Assembly (NCBI GenBank): GCA_040954595.2
Contig: CM082580.2
Span: 920,783-984,782 of the forward strand
Direction of reading: 5' to 3'
Source of the DNA: Balanoglossus misakiensis
Taxonomy: Eukaryota; Animalia; Hemichordata
DNA length: 64,000 nucleotides
Below the pieces are notes generated by a model. It was given only the letters and a program-made list of their open reading frames with translations, made no database searches and was not told where the DNA came from. Positions 32,801 to 47,800 of the stretch are shown here, in pieces. The position numbers were made by a program, and so were the translations under genes. Position 1 is the stretch's first letter. Every line of letters begins with the position of its first letter.

Positions 32801-35800
32801 GATTTTCACCCTTTTTTTTTCAAAAATCAACGAACCCATGATTTTTTTTCAAAAATCTACGAAATTTTGAGATTTTGCAAAGTCGAAAATTTGTAATTTT
32901 TTGATGATTTTCACCCATGATTTTTTTCAAAAATCGACAAAATTTTTAGATTTTGCAAAGTCGAAAATTTGTAATTTTTTGATGATTTTTACCCATGATT
33001 TTTTTTTTCAAAAATCGACGAAATTTTGAGATTTTGCAAAGACGAAAATTTGTAATTTTTTGATGATTTTCACCCATATTTTTTTTCAAAATTGAACGAA
33101 CCCATGATTTTTTTCAAAAATCGACGAAATTTTGAGATTTTGCAAAGTCGAAAATTTGTCATTTTTTGATGATTTTCACCCATGATTTTTCTCAAAAATC
33201 GACGAAATTTTGCAAAGTCGAAAATTTGTAATTTTTTGATGATTTTCACCCATGATTTTTTTTCAAAAATCGACGAAATTTTGAGATTTTGCAAAGTCGA
33301 AAATTTGTCATTTATTAATGATTTTCACCCATGATTTTTTTTCAAAAATCGACAAAATTTTGAGATTTTGCAAAGTCGAAAATTTGTAATTTTTTGATGA
33401 TTTTCACCCATGTTTTTTTTCAAAAATCAACGAACCCATGATTTTTTTTCAAAAATCGACAAAATTTTGAGATTTTGCAAAGTCGAAAATTTGTAATTTT
33501 TTGATGATTTTCACCCTTTTTTTTTCAAAAATCAACGAACCCATGATTTTTTTTCAAAAATCTACGAAATTTTGAGATTTTGCAAAGTCGAAAATTTGTC
33601 ATTTTTTGATGATTTTCACCCATGATTTTTTTCAAAAATCGACAAAATTTTTAGATTTTGCAAAGTCGAAAATTTGTAATTTTTTGATGATTTTTACCCA
33701 TGATTTTTTTTTTCAAAAATCGACGAAATTTTGAGATTTTGCAAAGACGAAAATTTGTAATTTTTTGATGATTTTCACCCATATTTTTTTTCAAAATTGA
33801 ACGAACCCATGATTTTTTTCAAAAATCGACGAAATTTTGAGATTTTGCAAAGTCGAAAATTTGTCATTTTTTGATGATTTTCACCCATGTTTTTTTTTTC
33901 AAAAATTGACGAAATTTTGAGATTTTGCAAAGTCGAAAATTTGTCATTTATTAATGATTTTCACCCATGATTTTTTTTCAAAAATCGACGAAATTTTGAG
34001 ATTTTGCAAAGTCGAAAATGTGTCATTTTTTGATGATTTTCACCCATGATTTTTTTCAAAAATCGACAAAATTTTGAGATTTTGCAAATTCGAAAATTTG
34101 TAATTTTTTGATGATTTTCACCCATGTTTTTTTTCAAAAATCAACGAACCCATGATTTTTTTTCAAAAATCGACAAAATTTTGAGATTTTGCAAAGTCGA
34201 AAATTTGTCATTTTTTGATGATTTTCACCCATGATTTTTCTCAAAAATCGACGAAATTTTGCAAAGTCGAAAATTTGTAATTTTTTGATGATTTTCACCC
34301 ATGATTTTTTTTCAAAAATCGACGAAATTTTGAGATTTTGCAAAGTCGAAAATTTGTCATTTATTAATGATTTTCACCCATGATTTTTTTTCAAAAATCG
34401 ACAAAATTTTGAGATTTTGCAAAGTCGAAAATTTGTAATTTTTTGATGATTTTCACCCATGTTTTTTTTCAAAATTGAACGAACCCATGATTTTTTTCAA
34501 AAATCGACGAAATTTTGAGATTTTGCAAAGTCGAAAATTTGTCATTTTTTGATGATTTTCACCCATGTTTTTTTTCAAAAATCGACGAAATTTTGAGATT
34601 TTGCAAAGTCGAAAATTTGTCATTTATTAATGATTTTCACCCATGATTTTTTTTCAAAAATCGACAAATTTTTGAGATTTTGCAAAGTCGAAAATTTGTA
34701 ATTTTTTGATGATTTTCACCCATGTTTTTTTTCAAAATTGAACGAACCCATGATTTTTTTCAAAAATCGACGAAATTTTGAGATTTTGCAAAGTCGAAAA
34801 TTTGTCATTTTTTGATGATTTTCACCCATGATTTTTTTCAAAAATCGACGAAATTTTGAGATTTTGCAAAGTCGAAAATGTGTCATTTTTTGATGATTTT
34901 CACCCATGATTTTTTTCAAAAATCGACAAAATTTTGAGATTTTGCAAATTCGAAAATTTGTAATTTTTTGATGATTTTCACCCATGTTTTTTTTCAAAAA
35001 TCAACGAACCCATGATTTTTTTTCAAAAATCGACAAAATTTTGAGATTTTGCAAAGTCGAAAATTTGTCATTTTTTGATGATTTTCACCCATGATTTTTC
35101 TCAAAAATCGACGAAATTTTGAGATTTTGCAAAGTCGAAAATTTGTAATTTTTTGATGATTTTCACCCATGATTTTTTTTCAAAAATCGACGAAATTTTG
35201 AGATTTTGCAAAGTCGAAAATTTGTCATTTATTAATGATTTTCACCCATGATTTTTTTTCAAAAATCGACAAAATTTTGAGATTTTGCAAAGTCGAAAAT
35301 TTGTAATTTTTTGATGATTTTCACCCATGTTTTTTTTCAAAATTGAACGAACCCATGATTTTTTTCAAAAATCGACGAAATTTTGAGATTTTGCAAAGTC
35401 GAAAATTTGTCATTTTTTGATGATTTTTTCCCATGATTTTGTTTTTCAAAAATCGACCAAATTTTGAGATTTTGCAAAGACAAAAAATTGTCATTTTTTG
35501 ATGATTTTCACCCATGATTTTTTTCAAAAATCGACGAAATTTTGAGATTTTGCAAAGACGAAAATTTGTCGTTTTTTGATGATTTTCACCCATGATTTTT
35601 TTCAAAAATCGACAAAATTTTGAGATTTTGCAAAGTCGAAAATTTGTAATTTTTTGATGATTTTCACCCTTTTTTTTCAAAAATCAACGAACCCATGATT
35701 TTTTTTCAAAAATCTACGAAATTTTGAGATTTTGCAAAGTCGAAAATTTGTCATTTTTTGATGATTTTCACCCATGATTTTTTTCAAAAATCGACAAAAT

Positions 35801-38800
35801 TTTTAGATTTTGCAAAGTCGAAAATTTGTAATTTTTTGATGATTTTTACCCATGATTTTTTTTTTCAAAAATCGACGAAATTTTGAGATTTTGCAAAGAC
35901 GAAAATTTGTAATTTTTGATGATTTTCACCCATATTTTTTTTCAAAATTGAACGAACCCATGATTTTTTTCAAAAATCGACGAAATTTTGAGATTTTGCA
36001 AAGTCGAAAATTTGTCATTTTTTGATGATTTTCACCCTTGATTTTTCTCAAAAATCGACGAAATTTTGCAAAGTCGAAAATTTGTAATTTTTTGATGATT
36101 TTCACCCATGATTTTTTTTCAAAAATCGACGAAATTTTGAGATTTTGCAAAGTCGAAAATTTGTCATTTATTAATGATTTTCACCCATGATTTTTTTTCA
36201 AAAATCGACAAAATTTTGAGATTTTGCAAAGTCGAAAATTTGTAATTTTTTGATGATTTTCACCCATGTTTTTTTTCAAAAATCAACGAACCCATGATTT
36301 TTTTTCAAAAATCGACAAAATTTTGAGATTTTGCAAAGTCGAAAATTTGTAATTTTTTGATGATTTTCACCCTTTTTTTTTCAAAAATCAACGAACCCAT
36401 GATTTTTTTTCAAAAATCTACGAAATTTTGAGATTTTGCAAAGTCGAAAATTTGTCATTTTTTGATGATTTTCACCCATGATTTTTTTCAAAAATCGACA
36501 AAATTTTTAGATTTTGCAAAGTCGAAAATTTGTAATTTTTTGATGATTTTTACCCATGATTTTTTTTTTCAAAAATCGACGAAATTTTGAGATTTTGCAA
36601 AGACGAAAATTTGTAATTTTTTGATGATTTTCACCCATATTTTTTTTCAAAATTGAACGAACCCATGATTTTTTTCAAAAATCGACGAAATTTTGAGATT
36701 TTGCAAAGTCGAAAATTTGTCATTTTTTGATGATTTTCACCCATGTTTTTTTTTTCAAAAATTGACGAAATTTTGAGATTTTGCAAAGTCGAAAATTTGT
36801 CATTTATTAATGATTTTCACCCATGATTTTTTTTCAAAAATCGACGAAATTTTGAGATTTTGCAAAGTCGAAAATGTGTCATTTTTTGATGATTTTCACC
36901 CATGATTTTTTTCAAAAATCGACAAAATTTTGAGATTTTGCAAATTCGAAAATTTGTAATTTTTTGATGATTTTCACCCATGTTTTTTTCAAAAATCAAC
37001 GAACCCATGATTTTTTTTCAAAAATCGACAAAATTTTGAGATTTTGCAAAGTCGAAAATTTGTCATTTTTTGATGATTTTCACCCATGATTTTTCTCAAA
37101 AATCGACGAAATTTTGCAAAGTCGAAAATTTGTAATTTTTTGATGATTTTCACCCATGATTTTTTTTCAAAAATCGACGAAATTTTGAGATTTTGCAAAG
37201 TCGAAAATTTGTCATTTATTAATGATTTTCACCCATGATTTTTTTTCAAAAATCGACAAAATTTTGAGATTTTGCAAAGTCGAAAATTTGTAATTTTTTG
37301 ATGATTTTCACCCATGTTTTTTTTCAAAATTGAACGAACCCATGATTTTTTTCAAAAATCGACGAAATTTTGAGATTTTGCAAAGTCGAAAATTTGTCAT
37401 TTTTTGATGATTTTCACCCATGTTTTTTTTTCAAAAATCGACGAAATTTTGAGATTTTGCAAAGTCGAAAATTTGTCATTTATTAATGATTTTCACCCAT
37501 GATTTTTTTTCAAAAATCGACAAATTTTTGAGATTTTGCAAAGTCGAAAATTTGTAATTTTTTGATGATTTTCACCCATGTTTTTTTTCAAAATTGAACG
37601 AACCCATGATTTTTTTCAAAAATCGACGAAATTTTGAGATTTTGCAAAGTCGAAAATTTGTCATTTTTTGATGATTTTCACCCATGATTTTTTTCAAAAA
37701 TCGACGAAATTTTGAGATTTTGCAAATTCGAAAATTTGTAATTTTTTGATGATTTTCACCCATGTTTTTTTTCAAAAATCAACGAACCCATGATTTTTTT
37801 TCAAAAATCGACAAAATTTTGAGATTTTGCAAAGTCGAAAATTTGTCATTTTTTGATGATTTTCACCCATGATTTTTCTCAAAAATCGACGAAATTTTGA
37901 GATTTTGCAAAGTCGAAAATTTGTAATTTTTTGATGATTTTCACCCATGATTTTTTTTCAAAAATCGACGAAATTTTGAGATTTTGCAAAGTCGAAAATT
38001 TGTCATTTATTAATGATTTTCACCCATGATTTTTTTTCAAAAATCGACAAAATTTTGAGATTTTGCAAAGTCGAAAATTTGTAATTTTTTGATGATTTTC
38101 ACCCATGTTTTTTTTCAAAATTGAACGAACCCATGATTTTTTTCAAAAATCGACGAAATTTTGAGATTTTGCAAAGTCGAAAATTTGTCATTTTTTGATG
38201 ATTTTTTCCCATGATTTTGTTTTTCAAAAATCGACCAAATTTTGAGATTTTGCAAAGACAAAAAATTGTCATTTTTTGATGATTTTCACCCATGATTTTT
38301 TTCAAAAATCGACGAAATTTTGAGATTTTGCAAAGACGAAAATTTGTCGTTTTTTGATGATTTTCACCCATGATTTTTCTCAAAAATCGACGAAATTTTG
38401 AGATTTTGCAAAGTCGAAAATTTGTCATTTTTTGATGATTTTCACCCATGATTCTTTTCAAAAATCGACGAAATTTGAGATTTTGCAAAGTCGAAAATTT
38501 GTCATTTTTTGATGATTTTTACCCATGATTTTTTTTTTCAAAAATCGACCAAATTTTGAGATTTTGCAAAGACGAAAATTTGTCATTTTTTGATGATTTT
38601 CACCCATGATTTTTCTCAAAAATCGACGAAATTTTGAGATTTTGCAAAGTCAAAAATTTGTCATTTTTTGATGATTTTCACCCATGATTTTTTTCAAAAA
38701 TCGACGAAATTTAAGATTTTGCAAAGTCGAAAATTTGTCATTTTTTGATGATTTTCACCCATGATTTTTTTCAAAAATCGACGAAATTTTGAGATTTTGC

Positions 38801-41800
38801 AAAGTCGAAAATTTGTCATTTTTTGATAATTTTTTCCTATGATTTTTCTCAAAAATCGACGAAATTTTGAGATTTTGCAAAGTCAAAAATTTGTCATTTT
38901 TTGATGATTTTCACCCATGATTTTTTTCAAAAATCGACGAAATTTAAGATTTTGCAAAGTCGAAAATTTGTCATTTTTTGATGATTTTCACCCATGATTT
39001 TTTTCAAAAATCGACGAAATTTTGAGATTTTGCAAAGTCGAAAATTTGTCATTTTTTGATGATTTTCACCCATGATTTTTTTCAAAAATCGACAAAATTT
39101 TTAGATTTTGCAAAGTCGAAAATTTGTAATTTTTTGATGATTTTTACCCATGATTTTTTTTTCAAAAATCGACGAAATTTTGAGATTTTGCAAAGACGAA
39201 ACTTTTTAATTTTTTGATGATTTTCACCCATGACTTTTTTTCAAAAATTTACGAAATTTTGAGATTTTGCAAAGTCGAAAATTTGTCATTTTTTGATGAT
39301 TTTCACCCATGATTTTTTTCAAAAATCGACGAAATTTTGAGATTTTGCAAAGTCGAAAATTTGTCATTTTTTGATGATTTTCACCCATGATTTTTTTCAA
39401 AAATCGACAAAATTTTTAGATTTTGCAAAGTCGAAAATTTGTCATTTTTTGATTATTTTCACCCATGATTTTTTTCAAAAATCGACAAAATTTTTAGATT
39501 TTGCAAAGTCGACAATTTGTCATTTTTTGATGATTTTCACCATGATTTTTTTTTAAAAAATGACGAAATTTTGAGATTTTGCAAAGACGAAAATTTGTAA
39601 TTTTTTGATGATTTTCACCCATGATTTTTTTTCAAAAATGTACGAAATTTTGAGATTTTGCAAAGTCGAAAATTTGTAATTTTTTGATGATTTTCACCCA
39701 TGATTTTTTTTCAAAAATCAACGAACCCATGATTTTTTTTCAAAAATCGACAAAATTTTGAGATTTTGCAAAGTCGAAAATTTGTCATTTTTTGATGATT
39801 TTCACCCATGATTTTTCTCAAAAATCGACGAAATTTTGAGATTTTGCAAAGTCGAAAATTTGTAATTTTTTGATGATTTTCACCCATGATTTTTTTTCAA
39901 AAATCGACGAAATTTTGAGATTTTGCAATGTCGAAAATTTGTCATTTATTAATGATTTTCACCCATGATTTTTTTTCAAAAATCGACAAATTTTTGAGAT
40001 TTTGCAAAGTCGAAAATTTGTAATTTTTTGATGATTTTCACCCATGTTTTTTTTCAAAATTGAACGAACCCATGATTTTTTTCAAAAATCGACGAAATTT
40101 TGAGATTTTGCAAAGTCGAAAATTTGTCATTTTTTGATGATTTTCACCCATGATTTTTTTCAAAAATCGACAAAATTTTGAGATTTTGCAAAGTCGAAAA
40201 TTTGTAATTTTTTGATGATTTTTACCCATGATTTTTTTTTTCAAAAATCGACGAAATTTTGAGATTTTGCAAATTCGAAAATTTGTAATTTTTTGATGAT
40301 TTTCACCCTTTTTTTTTAAAAAATCAACGAACCCATGATTTTTTTTCAAAAATCTACGAAATTTTGAGATTTTGCAAAGTCGAAAATTTGTCATTTTTTG
40401 ATGATTTTCACCCATGATTTTTTTCAAAAATCGACAAAATTTTTAGATTTTGCAAAGTCGAAAATTTGTAATTTTTTGATGATTTTTACCCATGATTTTT
40501 TTTTTCAAAAATCGACGAAATTTTGAGATTTTGCAAAGACGAAAATTTGTAATTTTTTGATGATTTTCACCCATATTTTTTTTCAAAATTGAACGAACCC
40601 ATGATTTTTTTCAAAAATCGACGAAATTTTGAGATTTTGCAAAGTCGAAAATTTGTCATTTTTTGATGATTTTCACCCATGATTTTTTTCAAAAATCGAC
40701 AAAATTTTTAGATTTTGCAAAGTCGAAAATTTGTAATTTTTTGATGATTTTTACCCATGATTTTTTTTTTCAAAAATCGACGAAATTTTGAGATTTTGCA
40801 AAGACGAAAATTTGTAATATTTTGATGATTTTCACCCATATTTTTTTTCAAAATTGAACGAACCCATGATTTTTTTCAAAAATCGACGAAATTTTGAGAT
40901 TTTGCAAAGTCGAAAATTTGTCATTTTTTGATGATTTTCACCCATGATTTTTTTCAAAAATCGACGAAATTTTGAGATTTTGCAAAGTCGAAAATGTGTC
41001 ATTTTTTGATGATTTTCACCCATGATTTTTTTCAAAAATCGACAAAATTTTGAGATTTTGCAAATTCGAAAATTTGTTATTTTTTGATGATTTTCACCCA
41101 TGTTTTTTTTCAAAAATCAACGAACCCATGATTTTTTTTCAAAAATCGACAAAATTTTGAGATTTTGCAAAGTCGAAAATTTGTCATTTTTTGATGATTT
41201 TCACCCATGATTTTTCTCAAAAATCGACGAAATTTTGCAAAGTCGAAAATTTGTAATTTTTTGATGATTTTCACCCATGATTTTTTTTCAAAAATCGACG
41301 AAATTTTGAGATTTTGCAAAGTCGAAAATTTGTCATTTATTAATGATTTTCACCCCGTGATTTTTTTTCAAAAATCGACAAAATTTTGAGATTTTGCAAA
41401 GTCGAAAATTTGTAATTTTTTGATGATTTTCACCCATGTTTTTTTTCAAAATTGAACGAACCCATGATTTTTTTCAAAAATCGACGAAATTTTGAGATTT
41501 TGCAAAGTCGAAAATTTGTCATTTTTTGATGATTTTCACCCATGTTTTTTTTTTCAAAAATCGACGAAATTTTGAGATTTTGCAAAGTCGAAAATTTGTC
41601 ATTTATTAATGATTTTCACCCATGATTTTTTTTCAAAAATCGACAAATTTTTGAGATTTTGCAAAGTCGAAAATTTGTAATTTTTTGATGATTTTCACCC
41701 ATGATTTTTTTCAAAATTGAACGAACCCATGATTTTTTTCAAAAATCGACGAAATTTTGAGATTTTGCAAAGTCGAAAATTTGTCATTTTTTGATGATTT

Positions 41801-44800
41801 TCACCCATGATTTTTTTCAAAAATCGACAAAATTTTGAGATTTTGCAAAGTCGAAAATTTGTAATTTTTTGATGATTTTTACCCATGATTTTTTTTTTCA
41901 AAAATCGACGAAATTTTGAGATTTTGCAAATTCGAAAATTTGTAATTTTTTGATGATTTTCACCCTTTTTTTTTCAAAAATCAACGAACCCATGATTTTT
42001 TTTCAAAAATCTACGAAATTTTGAGATTTTGCAAAGTCGAAAATTTGTCATTTTTTGATGATTTTCACCCATGATTTTTTTCAAAAATCGACAAAATTTT
42101 GAGATTTTGCAAATTCGAAAATTTGTAATTTTTTGATGATTTTCACCCATGTTTTTTTTCAAAAATCAACGAACCCATGATTTTTTTTCAAAAATCGACA
42201 AAATTTTGAGATTTTGCAAAGTCGAAAATTTGTCATTTTTTGATGATTTTCACCCATGATTTTTCTCAAAAAACGACGAAATTTTGAGATTTTGCAAAGT
42301 CGAAAATTTGTAATTTTTTGATGATTTTCACCCATGATTTTTTTTCAAAAATCGACGAAATTTTGAGATTTTGCAAAGTCGAAAATTTGTCATTTATTAA
42401 TGATTTTCACCCATGATTTTTTTTCAAAAATCGACAAAATTTTGAGATTTTGCAAAGTCGAAAATTTGTAATTTTTTGATGATTTTCACCCATGTTTTTT
42501 TTCAAAATTGAACGAACCCATGATTTTTTTCAAAAATCGACGAAATTTTGAGATTTTGCAAATTCGAAAATTTGTCATTTTTTGATGATTTTCACCCATG
42601 TTTTTTTTTCCAAAATCGACGAAATTTTGAGATTTTGCAAAGTCGAAAATTTGTCATTTTTTGATGATTTTTTCCCATGATTTTGTTTTTCAAAAATCGA
42701 CCAAATTTTGAGATTTTGCAAAGACAAAAAATTGTCATTTTTTGATGATTTTCACCCATGATTTTTTTCAAAAATCGACGAAATTTTGAGATTTTGCAAA
42801 GACGAAAATTTGTCGTTTTTTGATGATTTTCACCCATGATTTTTCTCAAAAATCGACGAAATTTTGAGATTTTGCAAAGTCAAAAATTTGTCATTATTTG
42901 ATGATTTTCACCCATGATTTTTTTCAAAAATCGACGAAATTTAAGATTTTGCAAAGTCGAAAATTTGTCATTTTTTGATGATTTTCACCCATGATTTTTT
43001 TCAAAAATCGACGAAATTTTGAGATTTTGCAAAGTCGAAAATTTGTCATTTTTTGATGATTTTCACCCATGATTTTTTTCAAAAATCGACAAAATTTTTA
43101 GATTTTGCAAAGTCGAAAATTTGTAATTTTTTGATGATTTTTACCCATGATTTTTTTTTCAAAAATCGACGAAATTTTGAGATTTTGCAAAGACGAAACT
43201 TTTTAATTTTTTGATGATTTTCACCCATGACTTTTTTTCAAAAATTTACGAAATTTTGAGATTTTGCAAAGTCGAAAATTTGTCATTTTTTGATGATTTT
43301 CACCCATGATTTTTTTCAAAAATCGACGAAATTTTGAGATTTTGCAAAGTCGAAAATTTGTCATTTTTTGATGATTTTCACCCATGATTTTTTTCAAAAA
43401 TCGACAAAATTTTTAGATTTTGCAAAGTCGAAAATTTGTAATTTTTTGATGATTTTTACCCATGATTTTTTTTTTCAAAAATCGACGATTTTTTGAGATT
43501 TTGCAAAGACGAAACTTTTTAATTTTTTGATGATTTTCACCCATGACTTTTTTTCAAAAATTTACGAAATTTTGAGATTTTGCAAAGTCGAAAATTTGTC
43601 ATTTTTTGATGATTTTCACCCATGTTTTTTTTTTCAAAAATCGACGAAATTTTGAGATTTTGCAAATTCGAAAATTTGTAATTTTTTGATGATTTTCACC
43701 CATGTTTTTTTTCAAAAATCAACGAACCCATGATTTTTTTTCAAAAATCGACAAAATTTTGAGATTTTGCAAAGTCGAAAATTTGTCATTTTTTGATGAA
43801 TTTCACCCATGATTTTTTTCAAAAATCGACGAAATTTTGAGATTTTGCAAAGTCGAAAATTTGTCATTTTTTGATTATTTTCACCCATGATTTTTTTCAA
43901 AAATCGACAAAATTTTTAGATTTAGCAAAGTCGACAATTTGTCATTTTTTGATGATTTTCACCATGATTTTTTTTTAAAAAATGACGAAATTTTGAGATT
44001 TTGCAAAGACGAAAATTTGTCATTTTTTGATGATTTTCACCCATGATTTTTTTTCAAAAATGTACGAAATTTTGAGATTTTGCAAAGTCGAAAATTTGTA
44101 ATTTTTTGATGATTTTCACCAATGTTTTTTTTTAAAAATCAACGAACCCATGATTTTTTTCAAAAATTGACACCAATGTTTTTTTTTTAAAATCAACGAA
44201 CTCATGATTTTTTTAAAAAATTGACATTTTGAGATTTTGCAAAGTCGAAAATTTGTCATTTTTTGATGATTTTCACCATGATTGTTTTTTTCAAAAATCG
44301 ACAAAATTTTTAGATTTTGCAAAGTCGAAAATTTGTAATTTTTTGATGATTTTTACCCATGATTTTTTTTTCCAAAAATCGACGAAATTTTGAGATTTTG
44401 CAAAGACGAAAATTTGTAATTTTTTGATGATTTTCACCCATGACTTTTTTTCAAAAATTTACGAAATTTTGAGATTTTGCAAAGTCGAAAATTTGTCATT
44501 TTTTGATGATTTTTTCCCATGATTTTGTTTTTCAAAAATCGACCAAATTTTGGAATTTTGCAAAGACGAAAATTTGTCATTTTTTGATGATTTTCACCCA
44601 TGATTTTTTTCAAAAATCGACGAACCCATGATTTTTTTTTCCAAAATCTACGAAATTTTGAGATTTTGCAAAGTCGAAAATTTGTAATTTTTTGATGATT
44701 TTCACCCATGTTTTTTTTTCCAAAATCGACGAAATTTTGAGATTTTGCAAATTCGAAAATTTGTAATTTTTTGATGATTTTCACCCATGTTTTTTTTCAA

Positions 44801-47800
44801 AAATCAACGAACCCATGATTTTTTTTCAAAAATCGACAAAATTTTGAGATTTTGCAAAGTCGAAAATTTGTCATTTTTTGATGATTTTCACCCATGATTT
44901 TTCTCAAAAATCGACGAAATTTTGAGATTTTGCAAAGTCGAAAATTTGTAATTTTTTGATGATTTTCACCCATGTTTTTTTTCAAAATTGAACGAACCCA
45001 TGATTTTTTTCAAAAATCGACGAAATTTTGAGATTTTGCAAAGTCGAAAATTTGTCATTTTTTGATGATTTTCACCCATGATTTTTTTCAAAAATCGACA
45101 AAATTTTTAGATTTTGCAAAGTCGAAAATTTGTAATTTTTTGATGATTTTTACCCATGATTTTTTTTTTCAAAAATCGACGAAATTTTGAGATTTTGCAA
45201 AGACGAAAATTTGTAATTTTTTGATGATTTTCACCCATGACTTTTTTTCAAAAATTTACGAAATTTTGAGATTTTGCAAAGTCGAAAATTTGTCATTTTT
45301 TGATGATTTTCACCCATGTTTTTTTTTCAAAAATCAACGAACCCATGATTTTTTTTCAAAAATCTACGAAATTTTGAGATTTTGCAAAGTCGAAAATTTG
45401 TCATTTTTTGATGATTTTCACCCATGATTTTTTTCAAAAATCGACAAAATTTTTAGATTTTGCAAAGTCGAAAATTTGTATTTTTTTGATGATTTTTACC
45501 CATGATTTTTTTTTTCAAAAATCGACGAAATTTTGAGATTTTGCAAAGACGAAAATTTGTAATTTTTTGATGATTTTCACCCATGTTTTTTTTTCAAAAA
45601 TCAACGAACCCATGATTTTTTTTCAAAAATCGACAATATTTTGAGATTTTGCAAAGTTGAACATTTGTCATTTGTTGATGATTTTCACCCATGTTTTTTT
45701 TTTCAAAAATGGACGAACCCATGTTTTTTTTTTCAAAAATCGACGAATTTTTGAAAATTTTGTTAAGTCGAAAATTTGTAATTTTTTTGATGATTTCCCC
45801 CCCCCCCCCCACGATTTTTTTTTTCAAAAATCGACGAAATTTTGAGATTTTGCAAAGTTGAACATTTGTCATTTGTTGATGATTTTCACCCATGTTTTTT
45901 TTTTCAAAAATGGACGAACCCATGTTTTTTTTTTAAAATCGACGAATTTTTCAAAATTTTGCAAAGTCGAAAATTTGTCATTTTTTTGATGATTCCCCCC
46001 CCCCCACGATTTTTTTTTCAAAAATTGACGAAATTTTGAGATTTTGCAAAGTCGAAAATTTGTCATTTTTTGATGATTTTTACCCATGATTTTTTTTCAA
46101 AAATTGACGAAATTTGAGATTTTGCAAAGTCGAAAATTTGTCATTTTTTGATGATTTTCACCCATGTTTTTTTTCAAAAATCTACGAAATTTTGAGATTT
46201 TGCAAAGTCGAAAATTTGTCATTTTTTGATGATTTTCACCCATGATTTTTTTCAAAAATCGACAAAATTTTTAGATTTTGCAAAGTCGAAAATTTGTAAT
46301 TTTTTGATGATTTTTACCCATGATTTTTTTTTTTCAAAAATCGACGAAATTTTGAGATTTTGCAAAGACGAAAATTTGTAATTTTTTGATGATTTTCACC
46401 CATGACTTTTTTTCAAAAATTTACGAAATTTTGAGATTTTGCAAAGTCGAAAATTTGTAATTTTTTGATGATTTTCACCCATGATTTTTTTTCAAAAATC
46501 AACGAACCCATGATTTTTTTTCAAAAATCGACAAAATTTTGAGATTTTGCAAAGTCGAAAATTTGTCATTTTTTGATGATTTTCACCCATGATTTTTCTC
46601 AAAAATCGACGAAATTTTGAGATTTTGCAAAGTCGAAAATTTGTAATTTTTTGATGATTTTCACCCATGATTTTTTTTCAAAAATCGACGAAATTTTGAG
46701 ATTTTGCAATGTCGAAAATTTGTCATTTATTAATGATTTTCACCCATGATTTTTTTTCAAAAATCGACAAATTTTTGAGATTTTGCAAAGTCGAAAATTT
46801 GTAATTTTTTGATGATTTTCACCCATGTTTTTTTTCAAAATTGAACGAACCCATGATTTTTTTCAAAAATCGACGAAATTTTGAGATTTTGCAAAGTCGA
46901 AAATTTGTCATTTTTTGATGATTTTCACCCATGATTTTTTTCAAAAATCGACAAAATTTTGAGATTTTGCAAAGTCGAAAATTTGTCATTTTTTGAAGAT
47001 TTTCACCCATGTTTTTTTTCAAAAATCGACGAACCCATGATTTTTTTCAAAATCGACGAAATTTTGAGATTTTGCAAAGTCGAAAATTTGTCATTTGTTG
47101 ATGATTTTCATCAGCTATAACCCATTTTTTTTTCAAAAATCGACGAATTTTTGAAAATTTTGCAAAGTCGAAAATTTGTCATTTTTTGATGATTTTCACC
47201 CATGATTTTTTTCAAAAATCGACGAAATTTTGAGATTTTGCAAAGTCGAACATTTTTCATTTATTGATGATTTTCACCCATGATTTTTCTCAAAAATCGA
47301 CGAAATTTTGAGATTTTGCAAAGTCGAAAATTTGTAATTTTTTGATGATTTTTACCCATGATTTTTTTTCAAAAATCGACGAAATTTTGAGATTTTGCAA
47401 AGTCGAAAATTTGTCATTTATTAATGATTTTCACCCATGATTTTTTTTCAAAAATCGACAAAATTTTGAGATTTTGCAAAGTCGAAAATTTGTAATTTTT
47501 TGATGATTTTCACCCATGTTTTTTTTCAAAATTGAACGAACCCATGATTTTTTTCAAAAATCGACGAAATTTTGAGATTTTGCAAAGTCGAAAATTTGTC
47601 ATTTTTTGATGATTTTCACCCATGATTTTTTTCAAAAATCGACAAAATTTTTAGATTTTGCAAAGTCGAAAATTTGTAATTTTTTGATGATTTTTACCCA
47701 TGATTTTTTTTTTCAAAAATCGACGAAATTTTGAGATTTTGCAAAGACGAAAATTTGTAATTTTTTGATGATTTTCACCCATGACTTTTTTTCAAAAATT